Shown here: in pieces, positions 59,689 through 64,000 of the stretch
Layout of the letters: each line of letters begins with the position of its first letter
Numbering within the stretch: the first letter of the stretch is position 1
NCBI RefSeq assembly: GCF_018977255.1
Contig: NW_024704743.1
Location: forward strand, 24,616,001-24,680,000
Length of the DNA stretch: 64,000 nucleotides
Origin: Callorhinchus milii
Lineage: Eukaryota
Reading direction: 5' to 3'
Notes under the pieces: model-generated
Seen by the model: only the letters and a program-made list of their open reading frames with translations
Told to the model about the DNA's origin: nothing
The model's database searches: none
Translations under genes and position numbers: made by a program

Positions 59689-61967
59689 TGAACTACGATG
59701 AGTTTAGTCCACTCAAGAGAGGTTCATCCAATGGTTGGTTTGGGATTTTGAACAGACAGTTTTTCAATATTATCAAATATTATCAATTTCATAAATAGCT
59801 GTTCTTTATTTTTAGCTTGTGGAGGAAAGAGTTGGGAAGCCCGGTGAGCAGTGAGTAACCATATTTATTTTTGTTTGAGGTCACCAAGAAAATTAAAGAA
59901 AACCTTTTGTATAAGAACTAAATTTGTACAGCTAAAGTGTACTTCAATTATGAAACATTAATTCTTACATCAAATGAGTAATTTATTGACTAATGAGGCA
60001 ATGATGTATAAAAGCAAAATGTAGGCTAAACAGAGAACGTGCTTAAAATGTGATTCAGTAACCATTAACAAGGACTTTTTTTTACATGATATTTCTGAGA
60101 ATAAATCAATTCCAACCAATTGTTAACATACATTAACTATTAACAAGGTTGTAAGAGATCAAAAATAATGAGACCATTATATTGTATATCAAGAAATGAC
60201 ATCTTACATTTTTAAAAAAAAACTGATCTTCAGCAGTGATGTATTTCTCATGTGGCACCACTTTGGTAAGATATTGCAGGCCTTCATATTGCCGTTGTTA
60301 TTGAATGCTGCTCTAAGAATATTGTACTGGGTTTACTTGACCTTGTTTTTTTTAAGACCTGTTTTATCATCTAGAAAATCTACTGATGCAGAGCAAGGTT
60401 TCATTCTGGAACTTCATTAAACAGCTAAGTTGGAGCAGCTTGAAACTGATTTTAGTGAGATCAGTGTCGCCCATTTATAGATAAACCAATTCCAACAAGA
60501 AAAAATAAGATCCTTAAAGTAAGTGTAAATTAAGTATTGCTTATGGCTCAATCTATGGAAAAAAGCTAGAATGCACTTAACACACCAAAACTGGATAGCA
60601 AACACATTCTACCACTTTTCTACTCTGATAGACATAGCCAGAAAAAATCCTTGTATAACTTGTATACCAACAAAATAAGATTTGATGAGGAGTTTGAATG
60701 CAGAGAGAGAAGGTGGAGAGATTTTGGAAAAGAGTTCCAGACCTCATGTGACAGAAAAATCAGCTACTCATGGTTAGATGGAATATGTGAGGAATGAATA
60801 GGCAGAAGATCAGTTAGAAGAGTGGAGAGTATTGAAAATTGGGCTGGAAAAGATTGTATAGGGTGGGGCAACATCAGGAAGGGACTTGAAGGCCAGGACA
60901 AGGATGTTCAAGTTGATCTTCTGGGACACTGGGAGCTGGTGGAGTTTGTTGGGGACGGAGGCAGAGAGCTCGCAGAGGCTGGTATGAGAGAGTACATGGG
61001 TTTCAGAGTTCTATAAACTTCCTTTATTGTTGCCAAGCTTCTGTAACGTCTTTTTGATGTGTTTATGGATCCAGTTCGTAGCAGATGTCCCAGTGGGTTA
61101 CACTTTTTAATAACGATAATGACCCGTCTTCAGTCTGAAACAAATAATATCAGATTTGGTAAATAAGTGAAACATGGGAAGATAGTCTTCATATTCAACA
61201 AACACAATGATAAAAAACTGATAATATCTGTAAAACCAAACTAGGGCTTGTCATTTCCAATTACAAAAGATTATTATTGAGCTCTGAGCAAACATATTTT
61301 GCTTAGTTTCATTTATGTATCACAGCCCAGACATTAACCAGATGCTAAACTGGTCCATCATAAAAAGTCCTTATCTGCTTTGATGCAGTACATAGGCATT
61401 ACATGGTATCTTTTAAATATGAGACTTCATATTCATGTTAGGTATTCGATCTGTTCCTGTTTCCCTTACAGTCACTTTACCAATACCATTTTAGAATTTT
61501 ATAGCTGTGATAATTCCCTTCATCAAAATTCAGAGCATTTGAAAACATTAATAGATGAGAGATTAATAAGGAACAAAGCAAATGTATTTGGATTTTAGTT
61601 TAACACAGGAATATTAACTTTCCACTCTACCAATGAGAAATGTCACCTGGGTCTAGATTTACTCTGCTTTCATGGCATCCAGAATTTGAAAAATTCTTTA
61701 GTGCAGTCTTAAATTTGAAGCCAGTTTTCTGTAAGTTCTTTGAAGAACTACAGACATCAGCTTCATAGTTAAGACCAAATTCAATAATTTGCCAAATTCT
61801 GCGTGCTCTGAAATACTATATAAATAAAGTTAATCTGGACACAAGTCACATTTGTCTCCCTCCTCCCCCATGTATTCTAACTTTATTTATAATATAAGAA
61901 AACAGAAGACTGTATTCAGTGCAGCAAGAAACTTCACTCAGGTGTGATTAACTTGAGTTAATCGATG

Positions 61968-62306
61968 TAATAATACTAGTCCTTGGATTTGATATAAAGC
62001 CTTATCACGTCTTTGAGACATCTCAAAGTGCTTCACAGAATATATGTAAAGTGAATTGACTGTCTATTTTGTGGCTACAACACAGCAGCCAATTGCGCAC
62101 AGCAGCGTCCGACAAAACTGGATCCACTCAAATCGTGGATTGAGTGACCACATTATTAATATTTAAACTTTTTTTTTAAGAGTATTATTACCCCCAGAAA
62201 AGCGATCCGCCAATCGATAAACAACCGGGTTCCTATTTACTGCTAAGTGAACAGCACTGGTCTCGCTTGTGAGACTAGTGCTCTGACCACTAAGCTACAG
62301 GACTCC
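61968..62306 (-). mobile_element. SINE family A, long subfamily, internally deleted
   Basis: runs from the tail to ...accactaagctacaggactcc. Confidence 0.82.
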
Positions 62307-62406
62307 ATTGCAGAAAGCAGAGTACTTGGAATGGCATAATTTTTTTTATTTGAAAGCCTTTTTATTTTGTAAAAGATATTGGGCGAAAAGTGCATTATGA
62401 TGTGAT

Positions 62407-62745
62407 AACAACAACAACTTGCATTTATATAGTGGCCTTCAGGCTAGGTAGCACTTGACAGTTGTGAAGTCTGATCCCAAGCCAGGGGGAGAGGGAGGGG
62501 GTATTTGACCATAAGCACGATCAAAAGGGAAGGTCTTTAGATGGGAGTTGAAAGTGGGGAGGGAGGGGGCAAGGTAGAGGGATTGAGGGAAGAGAGTTCC
62601 AGAGGGTGGGGGCAGAGAGACTGAAGGCCCACCTGGAGCAGGTAAAGCAGGGGACATCAAGCAGGCCAGACCCTGCTGAGCGGAGGGGGCAGACAGGTTG
62701 ATAGGGGTTTAGGCGGTCACAGAGGTGCGGAGGAGCAAGGCCGTT
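62407..62745 (-). mobile_element. old L2 3' fragment, antisense
   Basis: aacaacaacaacttgcatttatat start; minus-strand ORF AFSLSAPTLWNSLP. Confidence 0.78.
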
Positions 62746-63467
62746 GTTTGAACTCACATTGTGTAGATCTCAGCATTTCAGTATTGGCTGAAGGAACACT
62801 GACAAATTTAAAACCATTTGAATGAAATTGTGATGTGAGGAAGGGGGGGGAAACAGAATATACCTGTGGCTAGTCAACAACTGGCATATCTCCGGAAGAA
62901 GAATGTCCTATTGATGTGATATCAATGTGATATGTATGAATGTGATAATTGTCACATCAGGTACCATATTTTCACCCCTTTCTTTCATTGTTGATTTTCA
63001 GTCTTATGTTGAATAACCATTCTGAATTCCCCAGCCCCCACCCCACGCATAGAGACAGAGACGGACTGAGAGAGAGACTTCAACACGAAGGTTGTCAGCC
63101 TGCGGGGGGGGGGGGGGGGGGGGAGGGGGGGGAGATAGGGAGTGTGAGAGGGGCTGAAGGAGTCCTCTCCCTTGCAACAAAGAGCTCTCCTCTTTGCTGG
63201 CTTCATTTGCGAAAACTTGAAGAATGACAGCCAGAACTAGCCTGCTTGTTGATTATAATACTGTGATAATCTTTAATACAGCAAGTTTCATATTGGGAGA
63301 CCATCTCAAAGCATTTCACATAACTTACAGTAATGTGTAGTGAACGTAAAGCAGTTGAGCTGGAGCAGCAGATTCTGGCAGAGTACTATTCTCCAGAATT
63401 AGATAAGATACCTTTATTTTCTCTGGTATCATTTCCCATTAAATGGATTGGAATTAAATAGAATGGA

Positions 63468-63620
63468 TCGGGTCTTCACCTCCCCTCTCGACTCTCTACC
63501 CCCTCCTCGCTCCCACCCTTCCCTCCCCTCACCCTGACCATTTCCCCCCTGCTCGGGTCCCGACCCAACTGTCCAGTGCCTTGGGACGTCCTCCCGATGT
63601 GAAAGGCGTTGTTGTTGTTG
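63468..63620 (+). mobile_element. short L2 3' end of the young subfamily
   Basis: closely matches the 59470-59690 3'UTR, including ccctcaccctgaccatttccccc and the stem-loop. Confidence 0.85.
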
Positions 63621-64000
63621 GAAGGAGGAGAGAATAGGCACTTCCTATCGGAAGTGCTTCCCTCAGGCTACTTATTCTTTTTGATTAGAGATCAGCTATG
63701 TTTGAATTGATTCTGAAGAATATCCTTCAATACAGACAGGTTATCCCATTTTAGAAGAAGGAAGTTCACTTCTCCTTAATAGTTAAATATTATTCATAAA
63801 AACATTAGTTTCTTGCCAATCTATTAATAACACTAGTTTTGATAAATTTTTGCTGGCTTCAAATGGACAGAGCCTTAACCACATATATCATGATGCTTGT
63901 CTGTTAGGGTATTATTTTGAGAAACTGCCTACACTTCCAGGTTTCACTGGTGAGCCAGACATGCTGTTCAGTTATTAACAAGGATTTAGATTAATGGCTT

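Noticed and set aside
25470..64000. A second collagen VI or other protein-coding gene downstream
   Set aside because: I found no VWA, Gly-X-Y or other recognisable host exons on either strand; small or non-coding exons cannot be excluded by eye

Overview
Vertebrate genomic DNA, most likely a cartilaginous fish, possibly a holocephalan. This is inferred from the L2, CR1, Deu-domain SINE and Penelope-type repeat content. Bases ~1.8-25.5 kb hold the 3' half of a long-chain collagen VI gene on the + strand. I reconstructed 20 GT-AG exons by hand: 12 Gly-X-Y exons, two Cys-rich junction exons, VWA C1, a linker, VWA C2, two short linker exons and a terminal Kunitz exon. The C1-C2-Kunitz order without an FN3 domain fits an alpha-4(VI)-type chain best. 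One helix exon (12697-12758) is 62 nt rather than 63 and shifts the frame, and another has Val at a Gly position. No convincing host exons occur in the remaining ~38 kb, which is mostly retroelements. These include L2 LINEs, two tRNA-headed SINE families that share the L2 3' stem-loop with compensatory base changes, CR1 pieces, and three solo LTRs with 4-bp TSDs nested in LINEs. A palindromic Penelope-type element with a minimal hammerhead-ribozyme core sits inside one LTR. There is also an unclassified ~600-bp A-tailed repeat family and a ~1.4-kb-period tandem duplication. All calls come from reading the sequence; no database searches were run.
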